Part shown: piece by piece, positions 48,050 to 58,255 of the stretch
Layout: the number at the start of each line of letters is the position of its first letter
Numbering within the stretch: the stretch's first letter is position 1
Virus record (IMG/VR): IMGVR_UViG_3300009082_000017
Location: 32,001-96,000 of that record
Reading direction: 5' to 3' (one strand)
Length of the DNA: 64,000 nt
From: a virus
The notes under the pieces: model-generated
What the model was told of the DNA's origin: nothing
What the model saw: only the letters and a program-made list of their open reading frames with translations
The model's database searches: none
Translations under genes and position numbers: made by a program

Positions 48050-49510
48050 ATGAAAGAAATTAATCCATTTTTACTTACCGACTTCTATAAGGTTGGACAT
48101 GTGTTTCAATATCCAAAAGGAACTACCCTTGTTTATTCAAATATGACACCAAGGCAATCACGCTTAAAAGGTGTTGATAAGATGGTGGTTTTTGGTATTC
48201 AGTGGTTTATTAAACGATACTTATTAGAATATTTTAATGAGAATTTCTTCAATCGTCCGAAAGAAGAAGTTATGGCTGAATACAAACGTATGATTTTTTA
48301 TACATTGGGTGGTGATTTGCCATCCTATGAACATATTGCTAAAATCCATGATTTAGGATTTTTGCCAATCGAAATTAAAGCATTACCAGAAGGATCAACA
48401 GTCTCTATGCGTATTCCTTTTCTTACGATTGTAAATACTAAACCAGAATTTTATTGGTTAACTAATTTTATTGAATCTTTGATTTCTTCTGTTATTTGGC
48501 AACCCTGTACAAGTGCCACTATTGCTTACGAATATCGTAAGATTTTGAATAAGTATGGCACAATTACAGGAATGTCTCCAGATACAGTTCAATGGCAAGG
48601 ACATGATTTCTCATTTCGTGGAATGAGCAGTCCTGAAAGTGCTGCGACTAGTGGTATGGCTCATTTGCTTTCCTTTACTGGAACCGATGGTATCCCTGCT
48701 ATTGCAAGACTTGAACAGTACTATAATGCAAATGTTGAAAAAGAACTTGTAGGTGCTAGTATTTCTGCTACGGAGCATTCTGTAATGAGTGCCGGTGGAT
48801 TTGAAAATCAATTCGATACATACAAACGATTGATTACGGAAATCTATCCAAATGGTATGCTTGCTATTGTTAGTGACACCTGGAATCTTTGGGATGTATT
48901 AACTGATTTTATGCCAAGGCTTAAGAATGACATTATGTCTCGTGATGGTAAAATTGTTATTCGTCCTGATAGTGGAGATCCTGTTTTAATTATTTGTGGA
49001 AATCCTGCTGGAAAAACTGAAGAAGAGCGTAAAGGTGTTGTTGAGCTTCTTTGGGAAGTGTTTGGTGGAACTCTTACTTCTACCGGCTATAAACTGCTTG
49101 ATTCTCATATTGGAACCATTTATGGCGATAGTATTACACGAGAACGTTGTGAAGAAATTTGCTCACGTTTAGAGAAAAAAGGTTTTGCTTCTCAGGCGGT
49201 TTTAGGAATTGGTAGTTATACTTACCAATACAATACTCGTGATACTTTTGGAACAGCAATGAAGTCAACTTATGTTGAAATTAAAAATATTGGTATGGCA
49301 ATTTTTAAACATCCTGTTACAGACGATGGAACCAAGTTTTCTGCAACTGGTTTGTTAGAAGTTGTAAAAGATGGTAATAGAGAATTTGTGTTGAAAGAAA
49401 ATGTAACTTGGGATGAAGAAAAACAAGGCGAATTAAAAACTGTATTTTTGGATGGAAAGTTGACAAAAGATTTTACTCTGGCAGAAATTAGAAATAATCT
49501 TTGGGGTTAG
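48050..49510 (+). CDS. nadV: Nicotinamide phosphoribosyltransferase-like protein (candidate Namat)
   Basis: LLTDFYKVGH, HDFSFRG, ATEHSVM, IVSDT, IRPDSGDP, IYGDSIT, TRDTFG. Confidence 0.9.
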   Translation: MKEINPFLLTDFYKVGHVFQYPKGTTLVYSNMTPRQSRLKGVDKMVVFGIQWFIKRYLLEYFNENFFNRPKEEVMAEYKRMIFYTLGGDLPSYEHIAKIHDLGFLPIEIKALPEGSTVSMRIPFLTIVNTKPEFYWLTNFIESLISSVIWQPCTSATIAYEYRKILNKYGTITGMSPDTVQWQGHDFSFRGMSSPESAATSGMAHLLSFTGTDGIPAIARLEQYYNANVEKELVGASISATEHSVMSAGGFENQFDTYKRLITEIYPNGMLAIVSDTWNLWDVLTDFMPRLKNDIMSRDGKIVIRPDSGDPVLIICGNPAGKTEEERKGVVELLWEVFGGTLTSTGYKLLDSHIGTIYGDSITRERCEEICSRLEKKGFASQAVLGIGSYTYQYNTRDTFGTAMKSTYVEIKNIGMAIFKHPVTDDGTKFSATGLLEVVKDGNREFVLKENVTWDEEKQGELKTVFLDGKLTKDFTLAEIRNNLWG

Positions 49511-49516
49511 GGCACA

Positions 49517-50032
49517 TTGAAAAGATATATTGTATATCTTAAGAAAGTATTGACGCATAAATGGTTTGTGTTTTTGGCTTGTCTAAATTTAGGAGTACCG
49601 TTTTATTTAGCGGTACTCCATGACATTTCAAAATTTAGTTCAGTTGAATTTGTTCCTTACGCAAAATATTTTTATAATAAAAAAGGAGAGTCTAATCAAA
49701 TTAGAAATGCTCATGGATCATACGATCCTGCAAAGCAAGCTGACAGTTTTAGATACGCTTGGTTACACCATCAAAATCATAACAAACATCATTTTGGATA
49801 TTGGTGTATAATTGGGAATGATAGTGTCATAAGCCCGATGCAGATTCCAGATATTTATGTGAGAGAAATGATTGCTGATTGGATTGGAGCAGGGAAGGCG
49901 TATTCTAGTAAATCTACTCCGCAAGAATGGTATGATAAAGAAAAAGGTAATTTGATATTACATGAAAAAACCAGGATTCGAATTGAAGAGTTATTAGGAG
50001 AATTAGATGGAACTACCACAAGAATATTATGA
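49517..50032 (+). CDS. DUF5662-like HD-related protein
   Basis: HKWFV...HDISKF...AWLHHQNHNKHH...EMIADW. Confidence 0.7.
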   Translation: MKRYIVYLKKVLTHKWFVFLACLNLGVPFYLAVLHDISKFSSVEFVPYAKYFYNKKGESNQIRNAHGSYDPAKQADSFRYAWLHHQNHNKHHFGYWCIIGNDSVISPMQIPDIYVREMIADWIGAGKAYSSKSTPQEWYDKEKGNLILHEKTRIRIEELLGELDGTTTRIL

Positions 50033-50249
50033 TTTCTGTCATCAATTTAAAACAGGTGTAAAATTTAGAATCAACCGATGGAATGTTCAAAATGGCGAAC
50101 GCTTGTTGCATGTCTTAGATAATTATGACGAAGATCATATTGCTATCAAATTCTTTGGCAAACATAAACAATATTGGCATTATGATTTTATGGATGGTTA
50201 TTTGTTATGGGAATGTGATAAAGCTGGTTGGTTAGAGTTTGTTAAATAA
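50007..50249 (+). CDS. Hypothetical protein
   Basis: SD AGGAG. Confidence 0.7.
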   Translation: MELPQEYYDFCHQFKTGVKFRINRWNVQNGERLLHVLDNYDEDHIAIKFFGKHKQYWHYDFMDGYLLWECDKAGWLEFVK

Positions 50250-50257
50250 AGGAGAAA

Positions 50258-50791
50258 ATGGCAAAGAAAAAAGAATTTAATGAATATGTGATCGAAGGTG
50301 ACACAACTAAAATAAAAGTTAGTTATAAACAACTTACATTGTGGACAATTATTGACACCGAAGATTTACAGAAATTAATCAGTTTAGGTTATCATTGGTA
50401 TGCAAGATATAGAAAATATTTAAATAATTATTACATCCAATGCAATACTTATTTTGATGGAATACATAAAAATGTTTTATTGCACCAATTTGTTTTAAAT
50501 TATTTTGACCCATATGGTATAGATCATATTGATAACAATAGTCTGAATAATACAAAAAATAATTTAAGAATAAGCGATCATAGACAAAATCATAGGAACA
50601 GGAAGTCACGAAATAGTAATAATAAAACAGGGTATCGGAATGTTTCTTTTTCGCATGATAAATATATTGTCACATTACAAGTTGATGGAAAACAGAAAAC
50701 GTTAGGAACTTTTGACGATGTAGACGAAGCAGGCAGGTTCGCGGAAGAGATGAGATTGAAATATTACGGTGATTGGGCAGGGAAGAATTAG
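50258..50791 (+). CDS. HNH endonuclease with AP2-like domain
   Basis: LHQFV...IDHIDNNSLNNTKNNLR...NNKTGYRNV...LGTFDDVDEA. Confidence 0.85.
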   Translation: MAKKKEFNEYVIEGDTTKIKVSYKQLTLWTIIDTEDLQKLISLGYHWYARYRKYLNNYYIQCNTYFDGIHKNVLLHQFVLNYFDPYGIDHIDNNSLNNTKNNLRISDHRQNHRNRKSRNSNNKTGYRNVSFSHDKYIVTLQVDGKQKTLGTFDDVDEAGRFAEEMRLKYYGDWAGKN

Positions 50792-50876
50792 TTTCAATGA
50801 ATGGAACATTTCATGTGAAATTGGCACTTGACAAAAATCAAGAATAGGTGTATAAATATAGAAAGGAGAAAATATT

Positions 50877-51503
50877 ATGTATGCGAGAATAACATTCAAT
50901 AATGGACAACAATTTACATTAAAGAGAATTCAAGAAATTGAAAAAACTATTGCAGACCAATTAGATAAATCGCAAATGTGCAAAGATCCAGAAGGACGAA
51001 TTACCTCTTATAATACATGGAGGTATTCTGATGATCCCGAAAGCGAAGAAGTAAAATCTGGTAAGAAAAAGTTAGTAACTTTTGTTGATTTATATGAGAT
51101 TGGTTCTTCAAAAGAATATATCGTTGATTTAGATTTATTTTTATCAAAACATCCAGAATTAAAAGTGGGATTACGTGGAACTCCTCCAAATGCAACACAG
51201 GATTATTCTTCTTTGATTCAACAAATTATTGGTATTCAAGATAAATTTGAAAATGCTTTAAAAATGTTTGATCAACAAATTGAGTTTAATCAAAAATGTG
51301 ATGTACATGTTGTCAACTTAGGACTATTAAATATTAATCAATTGGGTTATGCTGTTGATTATTGTACAGAGCAATTGCAAGAAATTGTTAATCAAGGTTG
51401 GAGAATTATTGCTTGCTGTGTTCAACCAGATGGACGTAGACCAGATTATATTCTTGGTCGATATGTCGCTGAAGGTAAAGATTTTGAGTGTGTTAAGTTT
51501 TAA
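50877..51503 (+). CDS. Hypothetical protein
   Basis: SD; CTEQLQ...GWRIIACCVQPDGRRPDYILGR. Confidence 0.75.
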   Translation: MYARITFNNGQQFTLKRIQEIEKTIADQLDKSQMCKDPEGRITSYNTWRYSDDPESEEVKSGKKKLVTFVDLYEIGSSKEYIVDLDLFLSKHPELKVGLRGTPPNATQDYSSLIQQIIGIQDKFENALKMFDQQIEFNQKCDVHVVNLGLLNINQLGYAVDYCTEQLQEIVNQGWRIIACCVQPDGRRPDYILGRYVAEGKDFECVKF

Positions 51504-51550
51504 TCCCCATGAAAAACTTATTTCATGTGGTATAAAAGAGAGGATAATGA

Positions 51551-51955
51551 ATGGATGGTTATATAGATCATGTAGCAATTTATGCAAAGCAATTAAATGA
51601 TGAATGGCAAAAAGAATTACAATCAAATTTCAAATTAGAATTAGAAAAGGAGATTTATAAAAAAATGGAATACACACCGATTTTTAGTACTTTATATAGT
51701 TATGGGACATCTACACAACAATTTAAGAAATCAGATTTGGTTCCAACAAAGATTATTTACAATGACAAAACCACTGTTTGCTATTTTAAAGATGGTAGTA
51801 AAGAAATGGTTCATTGCGCTGAAGATGAACAATTTGTAAAAGAAGTTGGTGTGATGAGTTGTATTATGAAGAAGTTATTTGATAGCAGGAATGATTTCAA
51901 ACGGCTAGTCAATTCTGGTTATGTACAACCTCAAAAGGTTGAAAAGAAAGACTAA
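51551..51955 (+). CDS. Phage hypothetical protein (related to 63650-63898)
   Basis: KIIYNDKTTVCYFKDGSK...C...F.KEVG...CIMKK. Confidence 0.7.
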   Translation: MDGYIDHVAIYAKQLNDEWQKELQSNFKLELEKEIYKKMEYTPIFSTLYSYGTSTQQFKKSDLVPTKIIYNDKTTVCYFKDGSKEMVHCAEDEQFVKEVGVMSCIMKKLFDSRNDFKRLVNSGYVQPQKVEKKD

Positions 51956-52013
51956 CTACCACATGAAATCTGGCTTTCATGGTGTAGTATAAATATAATA
52001 AAAGGAGAATGAA

Positions 52014-52487
52014 ATGATTGTAGTAGTTGGATTTGTAACACTTATTGGTACAATTGCTTTGTCTTGTGCGGCGTTTGAAGGCTGGAATAAAAAATGGTTA
52101 GGAATATTATCTTTAGTAGTGGGAGTATTGCTCATTGCGGGAGAAATTACTTTAGGAGTTATTTCTTGTGATACATATTCGGAAAATAATATTCCCTTAT
52201 ATGCCGGATATAATAATTCAGAAATTAATGCGCACTTCTTTTTGGGGTCTGGATCAATTAATGACACCGACATGGTATATTTCTGGATAGACCAAAATGG
52301 AGTAAAATCAAAGCATGAAGCAAGAATGAGTGACAGTGTATTTATTGAAGATGGTAAAAATACTTTGGTTTTAAAAGAGACTGATTGTAAAGATAATCTG
52401 CATTGGTTATTTATTTGTGACGAAACATTTGAGTATGAATTTCATGTTCCAGAAAATTCAATTGTTCAAATGTATCAATATCATTAA
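52014..52487 (+). CDS. Membrane protein
   Basis: Two N-terminal TMs; FFLGSGSIN; site-bounded. Confidence 0.7.
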   Translation: MIVVVGFVTLIGTIALSCAAFEGWNKKWLGILSLVVGVLLIAGEITLGVISCDTYSENNIPLYAGYNNSEINAHFFLGSGSINDTDMVYFWIDQNGVKSKHEARMSDSVFIEDGKNTLVLKETDCKDNLHWLFICDETFEYEFHVPENSIVQMYQYH

Positions 52488-52531
52488 CTCCATGAAACTG
52501 CGCTTTCATGGGAAGATCAGAAAGGATTGAT

Positions 52532-52702
52532 ATGAAATCTACAAAAGATATTTCTCAAAAGTTAAAAGAAGCTGAATTGCTTCTTGAAAAATTTAATTTA
52601 GAATATATGGACAAATATGATTATGGCGACCCAGAATGTGGCGAAGAAGAAGTGTCGCTAAAGAAGGAAATAGAAATTTTAAAATGGGTTCTTGGTAAGT
52701 AA
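52532..52702 (+). CDS. Hypothetical protein
   Basis: EIEILKWVLG; site-bounded. Confidence 0.65.
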   Translation: MKSTKDISQKLKEAELLLEKFNLEYMDKYDYGDPECGEEEVSLKKEIEILKWVLGK

Positions 52703-52727
52703 TACGGGGTAATGAAAGGACGATTTC

Positions 52728-52919
52728 ATGGGAAAACAAGCAGTAATTTATTTCAAAAATGGAACTAAAGATTGGGTTGATCCGATTGACGATGAATCTA
52801 GAGATATATTTTATGGAGATTCTGTTATAATTGTTACCAATGGAGCGAATAATAAATATGTTTATGATAAGTTGTCAGTTGAAAAGATTGAATTTATTGA
52901 ATTGGATAATATAGAATGA
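52728..52919 (+). CDS. Hypothetical protein
   Basis: SD and ATG both supplied by site 52711. Confidence 0.65.
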   Translation: MGKQAVIYFKNGTKDWVDPIDDESRDIFYGDSVIIVTNGANNKYVYDKLSVEKIEFIELDNIE

Positions 52920-53128
52920 CAAAAATGATTTGTACTTGTAAAGAATTTACTGAAAATATGTCGAAATTAAATGACTCGACAATGTATGCGTTCCTTCATG
53001 GACATCAACTTGGAGCAGGGTTTGTATATTTTAGATTTTGTCCATGGTGTAGCAAAAAATTATTTGATGACGATATTAATACTTGGTCTGGTTCTGGCGA
53101 AGATAAACAAGGTGAACTAAATTATTAA
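52916..53128 (+). CDS. Small Cys-rich protein
   Basis: CTC...FCPWCSKKL. Confidence 0.65.
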   Translation: MTKMICTCKEFTENMSKLNDSTMYAFLHGHQLGAGFVYFRFCPWCSKKLFDDDINTWSGSGEDKQGELNY

Positions 53129-53145
53129 TTGAGAAAGGAATAAAA

Positions 53146-53376
53146 ATGGTACAAAATTCAAATTTGGGATTAAAGATTGATGGTCTCGAAGGTTGCCCTT
53201 GGTGTGGCAGTCATGTTTTGAAACATTATGAGAACAATCAATTTAAGGCATTACAATGTCAATATTGTTTAGCTATTGGAGGAATATTGCCACATATTCA
53301 TTTTGCAGATAGTGAATATTTAGATTCCAGTAGGTGGCAATTAGTATATTCAAGATGGAATAAAAGATTACAATAA
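53146..53376 (+). CDS. Lar-like restriction alleviation Zn-ribbon protein
   Basis: CPWCGS...CQYC...WNKR. Confidence 0.5.
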   Translation: MVQNSNLGLKIDGLEGCPWCGSHVLKHYENNQFKALQCQYCLAIGGILPHIHFADSEYLDSSRWQLVYSRWNKRLQ

Positions 53377-53409
53377 AATAACAATTTCGTGGGAACAATA
53401 GGTGATAAA

Positions 53410-53823
53410 ATGTTTGACAAATGGTATGTGCAATATTGTTTTAATAATATATTAAAAGAAGCTGGAGATCCTCCATTAAGACTTGTATCAAGAAAATTTT
53501 TTGAAGAACAAGTTGGTAAGGGATTTAAGGGATCTTTTGGTATGGCATCAAATTCTATTAATGTTATTTGGATTAATAAAAATCATCCCGATACACTAGA
53601 ATTACAAGATACTATTTGGCATGAAATCCTTCATTGTTTATTCCCAAGAACGGCCGAATGGTGGATAGAGCTTTCTGCAAAAAGATTATCAAAAAATATA
53701 TTTAGTGACTATGGGTTCCATGCAGAAAAATTAAATAAATGCTTAGAAGATGTTCCATCTCGAACACAATTATTAAAAATGGTAAAAGCAACGTCTGATG
53801 CAATGAATGGTTGTGTAAAATAA
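53410..53823 (+). CDS. HExxH metallopeptidase-like protein
   Basis: IWIN...DTIWHEILH. Confidence 0.6.
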   Translation: MFDKWYVQYCFNNILKEAGDPPLRLVSRKFFEEQVGKGFKGSFGMASNSINVIWINKNHPDTLELQDTIWHEILHCLFPRTAEWWIELSAKRLSKNIFSDYGFHAEKLNKCLEDVPSRTQLLKMVKATSDAMNGCVK

Positions 53824-53870
53824 TACCTAATGAAATGTAGGTTTCATGGTAATAAGAAAGGAGAAGTTCT

Positions 53871-54164
53871 ATGCCAGATAACGAATCATTAAAATATTCT
53901 GGTCTTTCAAATACAGATATAAATATGATGATTGCCAAGTTGTTAAAACTAGATTTTACTAGATTTAATGATGTTGATAATCCAGACTCATGTGGCGATT
54001 GGGCGTATACTGGGTCAATTTTAGACGAAGTTATGTCTAAACATCCTATTGAAATTCATAATGTAGAAGCAGGATTTTTAATTTATGTGGATTGTTGCAG
54101 AGAGTTTTCAGGGGAAGATTTAAAAAGATTGTTATGTGAAGTGTGGTTGTCAGATTATGATTAA
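53871..54164 (+). CDS. Hypothetical protein
   Basis: SD AAGGAG. Confidence 0.7.
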   Translation: MPDNESLKYSGLSNTDINMMIAKLLKLDFTRFNDVDNPDSCGDWAYTGSILDEVMSKHPIEIHNVEAGFLIYVDCCREFSGEDLKRLLCEVWLSDYD

Positions 54165-54240
54165 TGAGATTTATATTCCATCTTGACAAATTCTTATAAC
54201 TATGATAAACTTGTATTATCTTAGTTATAAGGAGGCATTA

Positions 54241-54597
54241 ATGAGGATGTGGCAATTACCAACGAATTTGCTTTGCAGAAATCATTTGCTTGGGGAGCAT
54301 TCAGAATTGCATAAGCATAAACATAATTTTGAAAAACATCATAGTATTTCTGGGCGTATCAGCCCAATTGTACTGATAGAGCCAGAAAACATGCAGAAAC
54401 GACATGATGAACTGGCACAAGAAATGCTTCGTAGAGGATACAACCATCAAAGTCCATATGAACAACCAGATTTATCATATTTGCCAGATAATGAACGATA
54501 TGCAAAAGTTGACATGGATTATAATATTAGGGATTTAATGGATAGGTGTGTTGAGTGTAGGAAAAGGATTGAGAAATATTATGAAAATTTGGCGTAA
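54241..54597 (+). CDS. denV: Pyrimidine-dimer DNA glycosylase (T4 endonuclease V family)
   Basis: MRMW...LCRNHLLGEHSELH...RHDELAQEMLRRGYNH; SD AAGGAGG; promoter TTGACA at 54184. Confidence 0.75.
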   Translation: MRMWQLPTNLLCRNHLLGEHSELHKHKHNFEKHHSISGRISPIVLIEPENMQKRHDELAQEMLRRGYNHQSPYEQPDLSYLPDNERYAKVDMDYNIRDLMDRCVECRKRIEKYYENLA

Positions 54598-54757
54598 AGA
54601 TAAAAGAGTACGATGTTTAAACTGTTATCATGAGTTTTGGATGGATGCGAAATTGCCTAAAAAAATGTCGTGGTGTCCTCGTTGCAACAGCTTAAATATT
54701 GAGTTCGCCAAAGAATATGGCAAACAAGTAATTGAGTTAAGAGAATATGGAGTCTAA
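54581..54757 (+). CDS. Small Zn-ribbon protein
   Basis: CLNC...CPRC. Confidence 0.55.
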   Translation: MKIWRKDKRVRCLNCYHEFWMDAKLPKKMSWCPRCNSLNIEFAKEYGKQVIELREYGV

Positions 54758-54796
54758 TAAAATGGGGATTTCATGGAATTTTAGAAGGAGTAAGTA

Positions 54797-55582
54797 TTGA
54801 AACTATATTATAAAGACGAATATTGCACTTTACTTCAAGGTGATTGTCTTGAAGGCATGCAGAAAATGGCAGAAAAGGGTTTGAAATTTGATGCAATCAT
54901 AACAGACCTTCCCTATGGAACTACTGCTTGTAAATGGGATACAATTATTCCTTTTGATAAAATGTGGGAATGTTTGAATAATTTAAGAAAAGATAATTCA
55001 CCAATTATTTTGTTTGGAAGCGAGCCATTTAGTAGCTTGTTGAGATGTAGTAATCTGAAGGAATTCAAGTATGATTGGATTTGGAGGAAAAATACAGGGA
55101 CAGGGTTTGCAACGGCAAAATATCAACCATTAAAATATCATGAAATTATATCAATATTTTCAATTGGCAAAATAAAATATAACCCCATCCCAACTGAAAG
55201 ATTTAGCGAAGCAAGTAAAAGGGTATGTAAAAATCCAGTAAGAGGTGGCGGGAAAACAACAAGCAACCATGTTCCAATGAATATTGTGAAAGTCCAATAT
55301 GATAGCGAAACAAAAACGCCAGAAAGCGTTTTAGAATTTAAAAGTGTTCCTAATGCTGGAGGAAATAAATTGCATCCAACGCAGAAACCAATTGAACTAT
55401 TAGAGTATCTTATAAAAACATATACAAATGAAGGTGATATAATTTTAGATTTTACTTGTGGATCTGGAACTACTTTATTAGCAAGTAAAAAATTAAATCG
55501 TAAATGTTATGGTGTTGAATTAGAAAAGAAATATTGTGAAGTTACCAAAAATAGATTAATTGAGTTAGATAATACCCCATGA
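54797..55582 (+). CDS. DNA N6-adenine/N4-cytosine methyltransferase (beta class)
   Basis: GDCLE, TDLPYG, HPTQKP, LDFTCGSGTT; bounded by sites 54756 and 55578. Confidence 0.9.
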   Translation: MKLYYKDEYCTLLQGDCLEGMQKMAEKGLKFDAIITDLPYGTTACKWDTIIPFDKMWECLNNLRKDNSPIILFGSEPFSSLLRCSNLKEFKYDWIWRKNTGTGFATAKYQPLKYHEIISIFSIGKIKYNPIPTERFSEASKRVCKNPVRGGGKTTSNHVPMNIVKVQYDSETKTPESVLEFKSVPNAGGNKLHPTQKPIELLEYLIKTYTNEGDIILDFTCGSGTTLLASKKLNRKCYGVELEKKYCEVTKNRLIELDNTP

Positions 55583-55617
55583 AACTGTTGTTTCATTGAA
55601 AATTTAAAGGAGAGAAA

Positions 55618-55854
55618 ATGAAATACTACAAATATGATTACGGTGCGATTGGCGCTTATTGCTTTGGATTTTCAAATTTGATTGAATCTGATTCTCTTGG
55701 AAATGCAATAAATGAAATTACAAAGAAATCAGAGAGGTTATTTAATCATTATGAGTATGGTGGTTTTGGTGAAGCATCTAGATTCGAAATTAATGAAATT
55801 TCTGAAAGATTATATAACGAGTTGTCAGAAGGAAATAAAAGATTTACCCAATGA
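55618..55854 (+). CDS. Hypothetical protein
   Basis: Site-bounded; stop lies in site 55850. Confidence 0.7.
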   Translation: MKYYKYDYGAIGAYCFGFSNLIESDSLGNAINEITKKSERLFNHYEYGGFGEASRFEINEISERLYNELSEGNKRFTQ

Positions 55855-55887
55855 AATGTCCAATTCATGTGGTAGAAAGGTTTAGGC

Positions 55888-56421
55888 ATGCCAAGACCAA
55901 TAGAATTTAATGATTATATAACTGAAGGTAATATTACAATAATAAAATTGAATCATAAACCAAACATTCTTTGGGCAATTATAGATACGGAAGATTTGCC
56001 AAAATTAATTGATTTAGAGTATAGATGGTGCGCCAGATATAGAAAATATTTAGATGATTATTATGTTCAATGCAACACATATTTTGGCGGAGTTCATAAA
56101 ACTTTTACATTACATCAGTTTGTTTTAAATTATTTTGAAAAATCAGGAATAGATCACATTAATGGTGATACATTAGATAATAGAAAATCAAATTTGAGAA
56201 TTAGTGATAAAAGGCAAAATCATCAAAATAGGAAATCAAAAAACGCAAACAATAAAACAGGATACAGAAATGTATGCTTTATAAAAGGCAAATATGTTGT
56301 AACATTGCAAATAGATGGAAAGCAAAAAACTTTAGGTAGATTTGATGATGTTGATAAAGCGGGTGCTTTTGCCGAAGAAATGAGACAAGATCACTATAAA
56401 GATTGGGCTGGTAATAATTAA
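55888..56421 (+). CDS. HNH endonuclease with AP2-like domain (paralog of 50258-50791)
   Basis: IDHINGDTLDNRKSNLR...NNKTGYRNV. Confidence 0.85.
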   Translation: MPRPIEFNDYITEGNITIIKLNHKPNILWAIIDTEDLPKLIDLEYRWCARYRKYLDDYYVQCNTYFGGVHKTFTLHQFVLNYFEKSGIDHINGDTLDNRKSNLRISDKRQNHQNRKSKNANNKTGYRNVCFIKGKYVVTLQIDGKQKTLGRFDDVDKAGAFAEEMRQDHYKDWAGNN

Positions 56422-56440
56422 TTAAAAAAGGAGAATCCAA

Positions 56441-57580
56441 ATGAACCAAACCCTATACCAAAAAGATTCAAGTGATAGAATTCGTTCCTGGCAAATTGAG
56501 GTTATTCAACATTCTGATTCTAGCGATATTGTTATTAGCACAGGATTATTAGATGGTGCTAAAGTAAAAACTGTAACTCAAATTACAGAAGGAAAGAATA
56601 TTGGTAAGTCCAATGGCACAGATCATTATTCTCAGGCCATATTAGAAGCCAATAGTAAAATTGAATCACAACTTAAAAAGGGATATGTTAAGGATTTTGA
56701 TAATATCCAGAGTAAAGATGTTTTGGGGAGTGGTGTGCTTGCGCCGATGCTTGCCCACAAACATCATCCTACTGGTGCGCAAAAGAGTAGTAAAACTTTA
56801 GCACAGATGGGTATTTTGGGGAAGAAGATATTCTGCCAGCCGAAGCTAGATGGGAATAGATGCCTAATTAAAGTTGAAAATGGTGTAGCGACTATGTACA
56901 CGAGAAGCGGCGATGTTATGCCGGTGCAGCTTAAAAATATTTTAGATGATGTTCTTAAGGGTCGTACTCAAGTAGAATCTTTTATTTTAGATGGCGAATT
57001 GTTTTCAAACAAATTTTCTTTCAATAAATTAAATGGATTGATCAAACGTCAAACGGTATCAAAAGAGGATATTGAAGAACGAAAAAACATCAAGTATCAT
57101 TTGTATGACGTTATGACAGATGAAGGTTATGAAAAGCGTTATGACTTTATTAAAAACTTCGCCTCTGATAATATCGAAGTAATCCCTAATTTTGAGATTA
57201 TTGCAACAGATGAAAATATTCAAAAATATCTTGAACAATTCCTTGCCGCAGGGAACGAAGGGTTGATGATCCGGCAACTTGGAATGCCTTACGATCATAA
57301 ACGTAGTTGGCAATTGGTTAAGGTTAAGGTGTTTGAAGATGAAGAGTTTGAATTAATTGGGTTCGAGGAAGATAAGAGAAAAGGCTTTGTTGGAGCGTTT
57401 GTTATGTTGAATAAAGATGGAAATACTTTTAATGCTGGAGCTTCAGGACAGGGTGAGCAGGAACGAACTTATATGTGGAGCCATCCAGAAGAATTTATTG
57501 GTAAAATGGCGACAGTGTGTTATTTTGGCATGTCTGAGTACAATGTGCCCCGATTCCCCAAATTCAAAGGGCCAAAGTAA
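56441..57580 (+). CDS. lig: ATP-dependent DNA ligase
   Basis: PMLA, QPKLDGNRC, LDGELF, EGLMIR, KRSWQLVKVK, VPRFP. Confidence 0.9.
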   Translation: MNQTLYQKDSSDRIRSWQIEVIQHSDSSDIVISTGLLDGAKVKTVTQITEGKNIGKSNGTDHYSQAILEANSKIESQLKKGYVKDFDNIQSKDVLGSGVLAPMLAHKHHPTGAQKSSKTLAQMGILGKKIFCQPKLDGNRCLIKVENGVATMYTRSGDVMPVQLKNILDDVLKGRTQVESFILDGELFSNKFSFNKLNGLIKRQTVSKEDIEERKNIKYHLYDVMTDEGYEKRYDFIKNFASDNIEVIPNFEIIATDENIQKYLEQFLAAGNEGLMIRQLGMPYDHKRSWQLVKVKVFEDEEFELIGFEEDKRKGFVGAFVMLNKDGNTFNAGASGQGEQERTYMWSHPEEFIGKMATVCYFGMSEYNVPRFPKFKGPK

Positions 57581-57623
57581 ATCCCAATGAATCGTTGATT
57601 TTGTTGGCTAAAAAAGGAGTAAA

Positions 57624-58001
57624 ATGGCAAAAAGACTTGCAGAATTTCAAAAATATAAATTCATCAATCCAGATCCAACCCTACGAAACAATCTTATGGC
57701 TTTTGGGTTTGAAATTGGTGACGGTTGGATTCCTATCATGCGAGAACTGTGTGAGAAAATTCAAGCAGAAATTGATTCTGATCCTGAAGCTTATAAGGAC
57801 TTAGAATTTACACAAGTGAAAGAAAAATGGGGTGGGTTAAGGGTATATTTAACTTATTATTATCCTAAGATTGAAGAATTGGTGGATGATGCTGAAGCGA
57901 AGTCTTTTGAAACTTGTGAAATTTGTGGTAAACCAGGGGAATTAAGAGACAGAGGTTGGATGTCAACTTTATGTAATGAGTGTAACGAAAAGGAGAAATA
58001 A
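57624..58001 (+). CDS. Phage hypothetical protein with C-terminal Zn ribbon
   Basis: GDGW...QVKEKWGGLR...CEICGKPG...TLC. Confidence 0.8.
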   Translation: MAKRLAEFQKYKFINPDPTLRNNLMAFGFEIGDGWIPIMRELCEKIQAEIDSDPEAYKDLEFTQVKEKWGGLRVYLTYYYPKIEELVDDAEAKSFETCEICGKPGELRDRGWMSTLCNECNEKEK

Positions 58002-58002
58002 T

Positions 58003-58218
58003 ATGAAAGGCAAATTCAGGAAAGACCATGACGATCACAACTATTTTATTCCAGAAATCTCTCTAGAAGCTTTTGACGATTATCAGACTAGGCTTGGATT
58101 ACTTGATTTTTATGGAGATGAGTGGGAGGCTTTGAATGATGAGTTTTTAGAAAGATTTGAGAAACTTGTTTTGAAGTACCCGCCCAATCATTATTTAATT
58201 GAAATGTCATTACCATGA
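58003..58218 (+). CDS. Hypothetical protein
   Basis: SD AAGGAG; stop lies in site 58214. Confidence 0.65.
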   Translation: MKGKFRKDHDDHNYFIPEISLEAFDDYQTRLGLLDFYGDEWEALNDEFLERFEKLVLKYPPNHYLIEMSLP

Positions 58219-58255
58219 AATGCCAGTTTTATTAGAATGACGGAAAGGATAAATT

